From an uncultured virus (IMG/VR IMGVR_UViG_3300044724_004089) (taxonomy: Duplodnaviria; Heunggongvirae; Uroviricota; Caudoviricetes), in the IMG/VR virus record IMGVR_UViG_3300044724_004089: 64,000 nucleotides of DNA. One strand, given 5' to 3'. Shown piece by piece: positions 49,707-60,482 of this stretch (within the stretch, counting starts at the first letter, position 1; each line of letters starts with the position of its first letter). Made by a program: the position numbers and the translations under genes. Below the pieces are notes generated by a model. That model was not told the origin of the DNA. It saw nothing but the letters and a program-made list of their open reading frames with translations, and made no database searches.

Positions 49707-50047
49707 AAGCAGGTAAAATTTGGGGACAAACAGAACTCATACACGCAAACGGTGTTTTAGAGTTTCATAGAATAGAATATAAAAAAGGTATATCGTGTTC
49801 TAAACACAGACACAAATTTAAATGGAATGGTTTCTTTGTTGAGTCTGGTAAAATGATAGTAAAAGTTTGGAAGAACGATTATGATTTAGTTGATGAAACA
49901 ATATTAGGACCTGGTGACTTTACACAAGTAAAACCAAATGAGTTTCACCAGTTTATAGGTTTAGAAGATGGTGTAGCATTTGAATTATATTGGGCAGAGT
50001 TTGATCACGGTGACATAGAAAGAGAAACAGTTGGTAGTAAAGTATGA
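49703..50047 (+). CDS. cupin protein (sugar isomerase-like)
   Basis: KIWG, CSKHRH, FHQF cupin motifs. Confidence 0.75.
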   Translation: MKAGKIWGQTELIHANGVLEFHRIEYKKGISCSKHRHKFKWNGFFVESGKMIVKVWKNDYDLVDETILGPGDFTQVKPNEFHQFIGLEDGVAFELYWAEFDHGDIERETVGSKV

Positions 50048-50718
50048 TCAATGTTTTTATAGGTTATGATACAAAAGAAAAAGTATCATTTAGTGTATTA
50101 TCATATAGCATATTAAAGAATAGTACACAACCTGTATCAATCACACCTATCTATCTTGACAATATAAAAGATGATTTTGTCAGAGAAAGAAATAATTTAT
50201 CATCTACAGAATTTTCATTTAGTAGATTTATCACACCACACCTAATGAACTATCAAGGTTGGGCATTGTTTATGGATTGCGATATGTTAATGAAAGCAGA
50301 TATCAATGAACTTTGGAGATTAAGAGATGATAGATATGCAGTGCAAGTTTGTAAACACGACTACACACCAAAGAGTACAGTAAAGTTTTTAAATCAAAAA
50401 CAAACTGTTTATCCTAAAAAGAACTGGTCTAGTTTTATGTTAATGAATTGTAAAAAGTGTACTGCTTTAACACCTAACTATGTTAATAGGGCAAGTGGTT
50501 TAGAGTTGCATCAGTTTAAATGGTTGGAAAGTGAAAAACTAATTGGTGATATTCCATTAGAATGGAATTGGTTAGCAGGTGAATATGAAAAGAAAGATGA
50601 TGTAAAGAACGTACATTTTACAGAGGGTGGTCCTTGGTTTAGTGAATATGAAGATGGTGATTATTCAGAGGACTGGTTTAGATATTTTAGTGAAACAACA
50701 CAAACGGATATGGAATGA
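50044..50718 (+). CDS. GT-A glycosyltransferase (GT8-like)
   Basis: STEFSFSRF, FMDCDML, KNWSS, WNWL, HFTEGGPW. Confidence 0.8.
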   Translation: MINVFIGYDTKEKVSFSVLSYSILKNSTQPVSITPIYLDNIKDDFVRERNNLSSTEFSFSRFITPHLMNYQGWALFMDCDMLMKADINELWRLRDDRYAVQVCKHDYTPKSTVKFLNQKQTVYPKKNWSSFMLMNCKKCTALTPNYVNRASGLELHQFKWLESEKLIGDIPLEWNWLAGEYEKKDDVKNVHFTEGGPWFSEYEDGDYSEDWFRYFSETTQTDME

Positions 50719-51701
50719 AATCTTTAGCAGTATATTATAATACAACAGTCAAGTATGGTTTTAAAATGGAGTTGATGCAGGCATTTGCTAAACCGATTGA
50801 AGATAGTGGTATTCGTGTCAGACATTTTAAAGGTCCTGAAGGGTTTGAAGTTTCTGATGAATTTTCACACGCATTAATTTTTAATTATCAAAGATGGGTA
50901 CCAGGTCAACAACCATTAAAAGAAAGATTACAGTTGAGATTTAACGTATGGGAAAAATACAAAGAGAGTGGTAGAATATGGATGTTTGATAATGATGTAT
51001 TAAATGGTATTGATGCACATTTAAATCATAACTATCATTATGATATCAAAAATTCTTATGTCAGAGTAGCATACGGTGACATTTATCCTGGTAAAGCAAA
51101 GTATTTTAATGACAACTGTCCTCAAGACAGATGGAATAGAATGGTAAAGATAAAAAGAATGGATGTAAAAGACTATAATTTAAATAACGGTGATTTTATA
51201 TACATTTGTTGTAACAGAGGTTCTAGTGGTTACTCTGGTCTTGGTGTCAACGCCGCACAATGGGCAATTGATACTGTAGAAGAGTTAAGAAAACACACAG
51301 ATAGACCCATAAAAATCAGACAACATTCATCAATATCTTATGCTGAACACAAACCAGATTTCAATAGACTAAAAGAGTTTTGTGAAAGACAAAAAAATGT
51401 ATCACTACATTCTCCTTTAGGGGAGTATCCTGGTTTAGTAAATGAAATTAAAAAATCATATGCAGTTGTGATATTTACTTCAACTGCTGGAGGTCCTGCT
51501 ATCATTGAGGGTAAACCATTATTCATTTGCAATAAACATTGTTATTATCTACCTATGAATGCAGGTGAATTATCTGACATAGAAAAACCAAATATAAGTA
51601 TTGATAGACAACAATTTCTAAACAATTTAGGATATTCACACTGGAGATTACCAGAGTTAAAAGACGGAGAATATTGGGAAAGGATAAAAGATGTCATATA
51701 G
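50715..51701 (+). CDS. capsule biosynthesis (KpsC/KpsS-like) glycosyltransferase
   Basis: TDRPIKIRQH...TSTAG..AIIEGKP...YSHW. Confidence 0.55.
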   Translation: MKSLAVYYNTTVKYGFKMELMQAFAKPIEDSGIRVRHFKGPEGFEVSDEFSHALIFNYQRWVPGQQPLKERLQLRFNVWEKYKESGRIWMFDNDVLNGIDAHLNHNYHYDIKNSYVRVAYGDIYPGKAKYFNDNCPQDRWNRMVKIKRMDVKDYNLNNGDFIYICCNRGSSGYSGLGVNAAQWAIDTVEELRKHTDRPIKIRQHSSISYAEHKPDFNRLKEFCERQKNVSLHSPLGEYPGLVNEIKKSYAVVIFTSTAGGPAIIEGKPLFICNKHCYYLPMNAGELSDIEKPNISIDRQQFLNNLGYSHWRLPELKDGEYWERIKDVI

Positions 51702-52617
51702 ATGTGTTGATTGGTCAAAAGAGAAAGCAGTTGAAAGAGAAAAGAAAGGTAAGAATGCAAAAGACCCTTACATAGTAAGTTTATCAGAGGGTTGTGGTGG
51801 TGAATATATAAATGAAGATGATTTTGATATAGAAGATAAAACACCTTGTGTCTTTAGAGGTCTTGGTAAATCTCCTATGATATGGGAATGTATCAACAAT
51901 AATGTTGATTACTTATACATTGATACTGGTTATATGGGTAATGCTATTACAAAAATATATCACAGAATAGCATACAATAATTTACAAACTTTAAATCATT
52001 TAAAACCACACGAAGTTAAAGAAAGAATATATGCTAAATATGACGGTCAATCAAGAGTTGCTGATAAAGTTTGGGTAACGAAAAGACCGTTAGTTAGATG
52101 GAATTTAAAAGTAAGAGAACCACACGAAAAGAAAAAGATATTAGTTGTGCCACCAAGTCAAAAAGTTTTCAATCATTTTGGTGGAAATGCTCCTATCTAT
52201 ACTAAAAAATTAGTTAAAAAAATTAAAGAAATATCTAATAGAACTGTAGAAATTAGAAAGAAGTTATCAAGATCAGAAAGAGTTGACTTTTCTTTACAAG
52301 ATCAACTACGAAAAGGTAAGTATCATTGTATTGTTACTTTTAATAGTATAGCATCTATAGAGGCAATTAGTATGGGTGTACCAGCAGTTGTGTTAGGTCC
52401 TAATGCAGGTTCTTATTTAAGTGAACAAGACCTAAAGAACATTGACAATCCCTACTATCCTGATATAGTAGATGTATTTGATCATTTAGAATATTTAAAA
52501 TGGTGTCAATTTACAGGTGAAGAAATGAGAGCAGAACACACACACAAAGTTATAGAGGCATTACAAGGTGATGTAAAACCTGTAAAATTTAAAATATCAG
52601 AGGATTTTAATGTTTAG
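51691..52617 (+). CDS. capsule biosynthesis (KpsC/KpsS-like) glycosyltransferase
   Basis: YIDTGY, EIRKK, TFNSIASIEAISMGVP, CQFT. Confidence 0.55.
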   Translation: MSYRCVDWSKEKAVEREKKGKNAKDPYIVSLSEGCGGEYINEDDFDIEDKTPCVFRGLGKSPMIWECINNNVDYLYIDTGYMGNAITKIYHRIAYNNLQTLNHLKPHEVKERIYAKYDGQSRVADKVWVTKRPLVRWNLKVREPHEKKKILVVPPSQKVFNHFGGNAPIYTKKLVKKIKEISNRTVEIRKKLSRSERVDFSLQDQLRKGKYHCIVTFNSIASIEAISMGVPAVVLGPNAGSYLSEQDLKNIDNPYYPDIVDVFDHLEYLKWCQFTGEEMRAEHTHKVIEALQGDVKPVKFKISEDFNV

Positions 52618-53833
52618 ATTTTTAAATCACGCAAGTTTTTTAGTTGATGATATATTAGTTGATCCGTGGTTTGATGGTAGTATATTTTTAAATGGTTGGA
52701 ATTTATTAAAGAATTTTGATTATGATATCAACAGATTATCATATCAATATATTTTTATATCACACGAACACCCAGATCATTTTCACATACCTACATTAAA
52801 GAAGATTGCAAATCCAGAAAGTAAGACAATTATTTTTCATAAAACACTTGATAGTAAAGTAATTGATTTTGTGAAAAAAATGGGGTTCAATGTATTAGAA
52901 TGTGAGAATGATAGATTTTACAAATTAAATTTTGGTAAAATAAAAGTGCAGTCAAATGGGTTTGATAGTTTCTTTATATACAAAACATCAGATAAAACAA
53001 TTGTTAATATGAATGATTATCAAGTTAACAATATTGATGAACTTACAAAATTAAATGAAACAAATGTTGACTTATTGTTTTCACAATTTACTTATGCAAA
53101 TTGGGCAGGTAATAAAGATGATGTTACGTTGCCAAAAAAAGCACAAAGAATTATAAACGACAGATTAAGTATGCAGTTTAAAGTTTTCAAACCTAAAATG
53201 TGGGTGCCATTTGCATCTTACATATATTTTTCACACGAAGAAAACTTTTATATGAATAAACACGTTCCTAGTTTAAGTGATATAAAAAGGTTTGCTGAAA
53301 CAAAAAATATTAAATGTTGTTTTCCAACACCAGATTGTATCTTTAATGAGAGAATGGGTGATAATGCAATACAATATTGGACAACAATGAGAGGGTTAAT
53401 AAATCCTATACATAAAAATAATGTGCAACCATTAGAAGAAGTAAAAGCATCTTTCTTAACAATGTGTGAAGAGATACACAATAATAATGATATGTCTTTA
53501 TTTAATGAAAAAGAAACATATATTAATGTACCTGACTGGAGCAATGTAATTAAATATGATATAAAAAATATCGAGTTTGAAATAGTAACTCAATTAGAAA
53601 ATGATATAATTATGTCTAGTGAGTGTCTACATTTTTTAATTAAAAATAAATGGGGCAGAGGTACTGTATTGATAAGTGGTAGATGCCAGATTAATTATGA
53701 AAAAGTAAATAACTTTTTTAATCAAACAAATTTATGGTACTATAATAACATAGGTAAATATCTAGGTAAAAACTTAATTCTGAATGAAATTGTTAATCAA
53801 GATAATTTTTATGAGAGATTAATTTGTCAATAG
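52610..53833 (+). CDS. metallo-beta-lactamase fold protein (CMP-Neu5Ac hydroxylase-like)
   Basis: NHAS, VDPW, SHEHPDH, VPFAS...F..EEN..MN. Confidence 0.7.
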   Translation: MFRFLNHASFLVDDILVDPWFDGSIFLNGWNLLKNFDYDINRLSYQYIFISHEHPDHFHIPTLKKIANPESKTIIFHKTLDSKVIDFVKKMGFNVLECENDRFYKLNFGKIKVQSNGFDSFFIYKTSDKTIVNMNDYQVNNIDELTKLNETNVDLLFSQFTYANWAGNKDDVTLPKKAQRIINDRLSMQFKVFKPKMWVPFASYIYFSHEENFYMNKHVPSLSDIKRFAETKNIKCCFPTPDCIFNERMGDNAIQYWTTMRGLINPIHKNNVQPLEEVKASFLTMCEEIHNNNDMSLFNEKETYINVPDWSNVIKYDIKNIEFEIVTQLENDIIMSSECLHFLIKNKWGRGTVLISGRCQINYEKVNNFFNQTNLWYYNNIGKYLGKNLILNEIVNQDNFYERLICQ

Positions 53834-54690
53834 ATAGATATTTTTTTAGAACAGTTTGTAGAACTTTGAGAGAATTGCAAAGTGATAAAAGACTAACTGT
53901 TGCAACTCTTGGTTATCCTGATTTACTTGTAACAGAAACAATGTTTAAAAATCAAGATATAGACACCAGTAAACTAGAAGTACGAGAAAAGTTTGCAGAC
54001 ACAAGTATGCATAAAAAGTTACGAGCAAAACTTGAGGCAGACGGTACAAAACAATTATATACGGCAGAAAGTTTTTTCAATTACTTTAATATGAATATTG
54101 AAGTGTTTGATGTGTACTCTCATTTAGGTATAGAGAGCATATTAGATTTAAATGAACCTTTACCTTATGCATATGAAGATAAGTATGATTTAATTTTAGA
54201 CGTAGGTACATTAGAGCATTGTTTTAATGTAGGTCAAGCATTTAAAAATATTATGCAGATGACAAAATTAAATGGGTCAATATTTATGGCGGCGCCTGCA
54301 TCAAAAATTAATCACGGATTTTGGAACTTCAACCCAACTGCTTATACAGATATTTTCCATCAGAATGGTTGGGTTATAAAAGACTTGATAGGTGTCAAGG
54401 GAACAACAAGAGATGTGGGTGAACTTGTAGAACATAACTTAGACTACTTTATACCTGACCCAGAAAATAGAAAAATGTATCCTAACAAACCTGAAGAAGT
54501 TATTATAATGTGTATTGCTACTAAAATAAAACAACAACAGTTTAATTATCCCTTACAAATGAAGTATGCAGGTGATAGAGAGGACAAAACTTTATACAAA
54601 GACTTGCAAAAAATGTATCAGAGAACAAAAAAGACAACAATATTAGATGGAAATGAAACGAATGAATTCAAAGATAAGCAAGGTAGTTAA
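53824..54690 (+). CDS. SAM-dependent methyltransferase-like protein
   Basis: DLNEP, YDLILDVGTLEHCFN, NHGFWNF. Confidence 0.7.
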   Translation: MSIDRYFFRTVCRTLRELQSDKRLTVATLGYPDLLVTETMFKNQDIDTSKLEVREKFADTSMHKKLRAKLEADGTKQLYTAESFFNYFNMNIEVFDVYSHLGIESILDLNEPLPYAYEDKYDLILDVGTLEHCFNVGQAFKNIMQMTKLNGSIFMAAPASKINHGFWNFNPTAYTDIFHQNGWVIKDLIGVKGTTRDVGELVEHNLDYFIPDPENRKMYPNKPEEVIIMCIATKIKQQQFNYPLQMKYAGDREDKTLYKDLQKMYQRTKKTTILDGNETNEFKDKQGS

Positions 54691-55099
54691 TAATAAAATA
54701 GGAGATAATTTTACTTATGTGGCACCTGTAAATATGTACGGTGCTAGATTAGGTGATGATGTCTTTGTAGGTCCTTTTTGCGAGATACAAAAAGATGTAT
54801 ACATAGGTGATAGAGTTAGAATACAATCACATAGTTTTATATGTGAAAATGTTACTATATATGATGACACCTTTATCGCACACGGTGTTATGTTTACAAA
54901 TGATAAGTTTGCAGATGGTCAATTAAGTAAAGATTATCTACCAACTCATATTGGTCATAGATGCAGAATTGGTTCTAATGTTACAATCTTACCTGTTTTT
55001 ATAGGTGATGATGTTACAATAGGTGCTGGTTCTGTTGTTACAAAAGATTTGAGAGAACCTGGTATATATGCAGGTAATCCAGCAAGGAGAATCAAATGA
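54647..55099 (+). CDS. hexapeptide-repeat N-acetyltransferase (WbpD-like)
   Basis: FVGPFCEIQ, IQSHSFIC, VMFTND, IGAGSVVTKD, GNPAR. Confidence 0.88.
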   Translation: MEMKRMNSKISKVVNNKIGDNFTYVAPVNMYGARLGDDVFVGPFCEIQKDVYIGDRVRIQSHSFICENVTIYDDTFIAHGVMFTNDKFADGQLSKDYLPTHIGHRCRIGSNVTILPVFIGDDVTIGAGSVVTKDLREPGIYAGNPARRIK

Positions 55100-56046
55100 T
55101 AGCATTGGTGGGGTATGGATATTGGGGTAAAAATTTAGCAAGAGTATTTAAAAAAGAATTAACTTGCATAATTGATAAATACGATAAAAATTTAGACAAA
55201 GCAAAAAATGATTATGATGATTCTGTTTGTTATGATAGAAGTTTAACAAATTGTTTAAAAACTAATAAAAAAATAAAAGCAGTATTAATAGCAACAAAAC
55301 CAGAATCACATTTAGATATTGCAAAATTGTGTTTAAAATATAATAAACATATATGGATAGAGAAACCTGTCTGTGCTACTTACAAAGAGGCACTTGCATT
55401 ACAAGAATACCATAATAAGATAAACAGTAGATTAAGAGTGATGGTAGATCACACCTTTTTATTTCACCCTGCCATACATAAATTATCATCAATAGACATA
55501 GGCGAACCACTATATTATGATAGTCATAGAATCAGTTTAGGTCTATTTCAAAAAGATGTAGATGTTGTGAAAGATTTAGCAATTCACGATCTAGCAATTA
55601 TTAAGTATCTGTATCCTATGATGAAATTAAAGAAGAAGACAATAGTAAAGCATAATCATATAAATGATATGAAAAATCAAGCAATATTGTGTTTAGAGTT
55701 CGAGCAGAGTGGTATCGTAAAGAAAAAGTTTACTGCAACCATTAATTGCAATTGGGTCAGTCCTGTAAAGAAGAGAGAAATAATCTTGACAGGTACTAAA
55801 AAATCTGTTATATATGATGACATTGACGTAAACAAAATAAAAGTTTATGACACTGGAGATATAGGTGAAGACTATAATATCAATCAATTGGGTGATATGA
55901 TTAGTCCTAAAATAGATACAACAGAGGCACTTGCAAATGGTAGAGAAAACTTTTTAAGTGCTATTGATAACGAATGTAGACCTATGATGTCAGACTTAAA
56001 CTTTTCAGTTGACTTGATGAGATGGATAGATGATACCATATTATGA
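55096..56046 (+). CDS. Gfo/Idh/MocA oxidoreductase (WbpB-like)
   Basis: GYGYWG, IEKP, DLAIHD. Confidence 0.88.
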   Translation: MIALVGYGYWGKNLARVFKKELTCIIDKYDKNLDKAKNDYDDSVCYDRSLTNCLKTNKKIKAVLIATKPESHLDIAKLCLKYNKHIWIEKPVCATYKEALALQEYHNKINSRLRVMVDHTFLFHPAIHKLSSIDIGEPLYYDSHRISLGLFQKDVDVVKDLAIHDLAIIKYLYPMMKLKKKTIVKHNHINDMKNQAILCLEFEQSGIVKKKFTATINCNWVSPVKKREIILTGTKKSVIYDDIDVNKIKVYDTGDIGEDYNINQLGDMISPKIDTTEALANGRENFLSAIDNECRPMMSDLNFSVDLMRWIDDTIL

Positions 56047-57124
56047 TATGAATGAAATTCATAAACCTCTAAAAGAAGAGTTTATGAGAGAAGTTGAAGA
56101 GTTACTTCGCAGAGGTGATTTTGTTTTTGGAACAGACAAATTTGAAGAAGATTTTGCAGAGTTTACAGGTGCAAAGTATTGTGTTGGTGTTAACAGTGGT
56201 ACATCAGCATTAATACTTGCTCAATTTGCCTGTGGTGTTCGACCAGGTGATAAAGTTACTACAGTTTCACATACATTTACTGCTACAGTTACAAGCATAA
56301 AACATTTAGGTGCTACACACGAATTTGTAGACATAGATGAAAAGACATATTGTATGAATCCTGATTTATTAAATGTTGACTATAACACAAAAGTAATATT
56401 ACCTGTTCATATGTATGGTAATGCTTGTGATATGCCAAGTATATTAAATAAAAAATCTGCTAATACAACTGTCATAGAAGACTGCTCACAAGCACACGGT
56501 ACAAGAATAAATGGTCAGCACGTTGGTACTTTTGGTAAAGCAGGTACATTTAGTTTTTACCCGGGAAAGGGTATTGGTGCTTTTGGTGATGCTGGTTGTA
56601 TTATAACTGATGATGAGGGGTTAGCAAAAGAACTAAAGGAACAAAGAAGTTGGAAAGAAAATGATGTTGGTTTTAATTTTAGAATGGCAAATATAAATGC
56701 TAAATTTTTAAGTTTAAAATTAAAATATTATCCAGAGGTGTTAAGAGCAAAAAGAGAAATTGCAGAATACTATAACAAACATTTAGATTATTGTTATGTA
56801 AACCCAGGTGTAGAACATAGTTATCATATTTATCCAATATTACATAGAGATAGAAACAACTTAATTAGAAGATGTGGTGATGAATTACAACTTAAAAAAC
56901 ATTATGATAAACCTGTACATCATAATCCAGCATTTCACTTCACATCTAAAACTTGCACATACTGTAGTGCTGAAGAATTTACAGATTTTAATTTACCAAT
57001 TACAGATCAGATATCTAACTCACAAGTAAGTGTGCCTATATATCCAGGTCTAAATAAAGAAGAAGTTGTTGATATTTTACAAAAACATTGGAGTGGTAAT
57101 GGTTTATCTAGTTCCGTTTTATAA
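56030..57124 (+). CDS. DegT/DnrJ/EryC1/StrS sugar aminotransferase (WbpE-like)
   Basis: NSGTSAL, PVHMYG, IEDCSQAHG, SFYPGK.IGAFGDAG, GFNFR. Confidence 0.92.
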   Translation: MIPYYDMNEIHKPLKEEFMREVEELLRRGDFVFGTDKFEEDFAEFTGAKYCVGVNSGTSALILAQFACGVRPGDKVTTVSHTFTATVTSIKHLGATHEFVDIDEKTYCMNPDLLNVDYNTKVILPVHMYGNACDMPSILNKKSANTTVIEDCSQAHGTRINGQHVGTFGKAGTFSFYPGKGIGAFGDAGCIITDDEGLAKELKEQRSWKENDVGFNFRMANINAKFLSLKLKYYPEVLRAKREIAEYYNKHLDYCYVNPGVEHSYHIYPILHRDRNNLIRRCGDELQLKKHYDKPVHHNPAFHFTSKTCTYCSAEEFTDFNLPITDQISNSQVSVPIYPGLNKEEVVDILQKHWSGNGLSSSVL

Positions 57125-57914
57125 GAACGCATCATTTAAAATAAAAGAGGCACCAGAGGTAATTGATTTTGTCAAAAAGAAGAGATACGATTATCATAGA
57201 TTTTTAAATTGTTTAAGTGAATCATTTTACAGATACAATCCAGATGGTAAATTAATATTGTCCACAGATAATCACACAAATCCATCAGGTTATGAGGGTC
57301 ATTATTATAGACAAGACACTGATGAAAAAACTATCATACAATCTAAAGTTTACAATGAAACGAAATTTATATGTGATGACAATGGGTATGATGAGAATAT
57401 AATTATGTGTGGAACAGACCATCTTATCAATAGAAACTTAGATAAGTTGTTTTTAAATCAAGACTTTGATATTAAGATACCTATAAGAAAAGGTACACGA
57501 GTTAACAATGCTATGATAGTTGTAAAGAAAGTTACAGATAATGTTAAGAGATTTTTTGATTATCGTTATGAAAGATTTATACAGAAGAACAAAGACCCAC
57601 ATTGGGACTGGTATGGTGACCAAAGAACATATGATAATATTTTAAGAGAAGAATTACATCTATTACCTGTTCGTGACCCACCTCAAAAATTTGATTACAA
57701 ATTAGGTTCATACATTGTTAGAGGTTGTAAAATAAAATTAATCGAATATGGTGGTAACGAATGCGGTAGTTTTGATATATGGCCACACCATAGAAGAGGG
57801 TTTGAAGATAATACTTACTTCTACGATTTTAAAGGTAAAAGAAAAGCATATTTTTTCACATCATACGAAAAGGAAAGGAGAAACTATGAACGAAAAAAAG
57901 AAAAAAATTTATGA
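57099..57914 (+). CDS. nucleotide-sugar transferase-like protein
   Basis: GTDHL, VNNAM, WYGDQ, FKGKRK; located in the glycan island. Confidence 0.55.
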   Translation: MVYLVPFYKNASFKIKEAPEVIDFVKKKRYDYHRFLNCLSESFYRYNPDGKLILSTDNHTNPSGYEGHYYRQDTDEKTIIQSKVYNETKFICDDNGYDENIIMCGTDHLINRNLDKLFLNQDFDIKIPIRKGTRVNNAMIVVKKVTDNVKRFFDYRYERFIQKNKDPHWDWYGDQRTYDNILREELHLLPVRDPPQKFDYKLGSYIVRGCKIKLIEYGGNECGSFDIWPHHRRGFEDNTYFYDFKGKRKAYFFTSYEKERRNYERKKEKNL

Positions 57915-58155
57915 AAGAAATCCTGATACAGGTGAAGTAAGAGAAAGAGAATTCAATGATTTTACTGGTGAAACAATAAGAATTATACACGATAAAAAAC
58001 CAGAAGATTATGGCACTGCTAAAATGATACCTGCATATAATCCAGATGCACCTTGGATTGATGAGAGAGTAAATGAAAATCTTGATGGTGAACTATTGAA
58101 TGAGGATAAAAATGATGAACAAGAAGATAGGCAATTATCTATTCCCTTCGAGTGA
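57886..58155 (+). CDS. hypothetical acidic protein
   Basis: SD AAGGAG before ATG 57886; IYERNPDTGEV. Confidence 0.55.
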   Translation: MNEKKKKIYERNPDTGEVREREFNDFTGETIRIIHDKKPEDYGTAKMIPAYNPDAPWIDERVNENLDGELLNEDKNDEQEDRQLSIPFE

Positions 58156-58753
58156 TACACATTTCGAAAGATGGATATTAGACGGAGAGTATCAGAAGAA
58201 ACAAAGAGATGCTCTCTTTGAATATATGGAAGAACGTAGACCTATAGAATATATTTTAGATGTAGGTGCCCACGTTGGTTTGTGGTCAAGACCTATGATG
58301 CATAGAGCAAATACAAAATATATTTGGGCATTTGAACCTAATCAATTAGTCAGAGAATGCTATGTTTTAAATATGGGTGGTTTTGATAACTATTCAATAT
58401 ATCCATTTGCATTAGGTGATAAAAATAGAAAAGGTCATTTAAATGTAGAAACTGATAACTCTGGTAATACAAACATACACCCTACAAAAAATGGTGATAC
58501 TGAGATAAGAACATTAGATAGTTTTAACTTTGAGCATATTGATTATATTAAAGTTGATGTAGAGGGTTTCGAATATAACTTTCTAAAAGGTGCAGTTGAT
58601 ACTTTAAATAGATGCAGACCATTTGTTCATCTAGAAATGAAATCAAAGAATATGAGAAACAGTAAAGAAGAATTTACCAGATTTATGAAAAATATAGGAT
58701 ACAGTCAAGTGTTGAAAGTAGGAGCAGAGGTATTATATGATTATAACACATAA
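58112..58753 (+). CDS. FkbM-family methyltransferase
   Basis: LDVGAHVG, AFEP, IKVDVEGFE. Confidence 0.9.
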   Translation: MMNKKIGNYLFPSSDTHFERWILDGEYQKKQRDALFEYMEERRPIEYILDVGAHVGLWSRPMMHRANTKYIWAFEPNQLVRECYVLNMGGFDNYSIYPFALGDKNRKGHLNVETDNSGNTNIHPTKNGDTEIRTLDSFNFEHIDYIKVDVEGFEYNFLKGAVDTLNRCRPFVHLEMKSKNMRNSKEEFTRFMKNIGYSQVLKVGAEVLYDYNT

Positions 58754-59558
58754 ACTTGCTTGGGATAAATGTTTATCACATAAGTTATTTCCACTTATAG
58801 AAAAAGGTTGGAAAGATACAGATAGACCTGTGCATTTCTTTTGGGGATTAGCAGGTAAAAATATTAAAGAAATTGCAGAATGTGAAGAGAAAAAAGAAGA
58901 ATGGTATTATATTGATATTGGTTATATTACAGATGATATAACTAGATACCCTACACCAGAGATCACAAAACCAGATACAACTTACTTTAGAATTGTTAAG
59001 GGTGGATTACATACAATAAGAGGTAAAGTTGGTGATGGTGCCAGACTAAAAAGATTACAAAGAGAGGGTTTAGATGCTGAATTTAAAGGTTGGTATACAG
59101 GTGATACTAAACACGTTTTAATATGTCCATCATCACCCACTGTAACAAGACAATTAAATAATATGACACAAGAAGATTGGGTATTTGAAGTGAAACTAGA
59201 ATTAGAAAAACATACAGATAGAGAGTTGATAGTTCGTAATAAACCAAGACCTGGTAATGAATGGTGGGGAACAAACATTAGAGATCAACTAAAAGATTGT
59301 CATTGTTTAGTTACTAATATGAGCATTGCATCAGTAGATGCTATATTAAATAGAGTTCCTGTGATTACAGATGGTAGAAATGTTGCGTGGGCAGTTGCAT
59401 CAAGAGATCCAAAGTATGTAGAGAAACCATTTAAACCTGGTAAGAAAACGGTTTTAGAGTGGTTAAAATTTATTACCGAGCAACAATTTACTATGGATGA
59501 GATAGAAAATGGTACCGCATACAAAATATTAAAAGAACAAGGTGTTGTAAATGAGTAA
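58737..59558 (+). CDS. capsule biosynthesis (KpsC/KpsS-like) glycosyltransferase
   Basis: YIDIGY, IVRNKP, TNMSIASVDAILNRVP, QQFT; paralog of 51691-52617. Confidence 0.55.
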   Translation: MIITHKLAWDKCLSHKLFPLIEKGWKDTDRPVHFFWGLAGKNIKEIAECEEKKEEWYYIDIGYITDDITRYPTPEITKPDTTYFRIVKGGLHTIRGKVGDGARLKRLQREGLDAEFKGWYTGDTKHVLICPSSPTVTRQLNNMTQEDWVFEVKLELEKHTDRELIVRNKPRPGNEWWGTNIRDQLKDCHCLVTNMSIASVDAILNRVPVITDGRNVAWAVASRDPKYVEKPFKPGKKTVLEWLKFITEQQFTMDEIENGTAYKILKEQGVVNE

Positions 59559-59721
59559 TTATGATAAAACTGAATATCAAATAACAGTTGCTAAAAATAT
59601 GACAAGTGAGTTGCTAAACTTCTATGAAAAATACAAGAAAGATGAAAAAGAAAATATTATCTTAAAAGCAAATTTAATAATAGATCAATTAGAAAGAGTG
59701 AAAAAAGATTTAAATGATTAA
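59551..59721 (+). CDS. small hypothetical protein (not in ORF track)
   Basis: 56-aa ORF (MSNYDKTEYQ...) overlapping both neighbours. Confidence 0.55.
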   Translation: MSNYDKTEYQITVAKNMTSELLNFYEKYKKDEKENIILKANLIIDQLERVKKDLND

Positions 59722-60406
59722 TTTTTGTTGTGTGTTATATGGTACAAAATATAGCACAGATTATGTACAAAACTTATACAATATGGTCAAAAGACACCTG
59801 ACTATAGAACATAAGTTTTATGTCTTTACTGATAATGTAAGAATGCAGAACATCATACAAGGTGATGTAATTGTGCAACAGTTTCCTCTACACGATATGC
59901 AAGGGTGGTGGAACAAAATGCAGTTATTTCACCCAGATAACGGTTTATCAGGTGTCAATCTTTATATGGATTTAGATGTCGTTATTCTTAAAAATATAGA
60001 CTGTTTTGCTACTTTCTCATCAGATACAACATTTAGCATTACATCAGATTTCAATGGTAGAATGATATGGTACAATTCGAGTATTATGAAGTGGCATAGT
60101 GAAACTATGAAACCAATACTTTGGGATGAATTTATCAAGCAAAGACAACACTGGTATCGTCTACAAGGTGATCAAAATGCTATTACAGAGTTATTAAGAC
60201 AGAACAAAGACTTTCATAAGAACAATGTTAGAACATTTCCAGATGATTGGTCTAACTCTTATAAGTGGTTTGATAGAGAAAACCCTAGATTTGGTAAAAA
60301 TTTATGGACATTTGAGCAAAAATCAGACAGTAAAGTAGCAGTATTTCACGGTTTTCCTAAACCACATCAATCAGAAGAACAGTGGGTTATAGATAATTGG
60401 AAATAA
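59714..60406 (+). CDS. GT-A glycosyltransferase
   Basis: GTKY, GWWNK, YMDLDV, NSS, GDQ, FHG.PKP. Confidence 0.75.
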   Translation: MINFCCVLYGTKYSTDYVQNLYNMVKRHLTIEHKFYVFTDNVRMQNIIQGDVIVQQFPLHDMQGWWNKMQLFHPDNGLSGVNLYMDLDVVILKNIDCFATFSSDTTFSITSDFNGRMIWYNSSIMKWHSETMKPILWDEFIKQRQHWYRLQGDQNAITELLRQNKDFHKNNVRTFPDDWSNSYKWFDRENPRFGKNLWTFEQKSDSKVAVFHGFPKPHQSEEQWVIDNWK

Positions 60407-60411
60407 AGTTC

Positions 60412-60482
60412 TTGACTTTTTTGACGGTCCTGCTATTATAATAGTATGAGTGATTCGTTAATAATAAAAGAAAGGACAAACT
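60412..60482 (+). promoter_or_regulatory. early promoter with conserved TGATTCG leader
   Basis: TTGACT...TGCTATTATAAT; TGATTCG at 60451-60457; GAAAGGA RBS. Confidence 0.75.
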
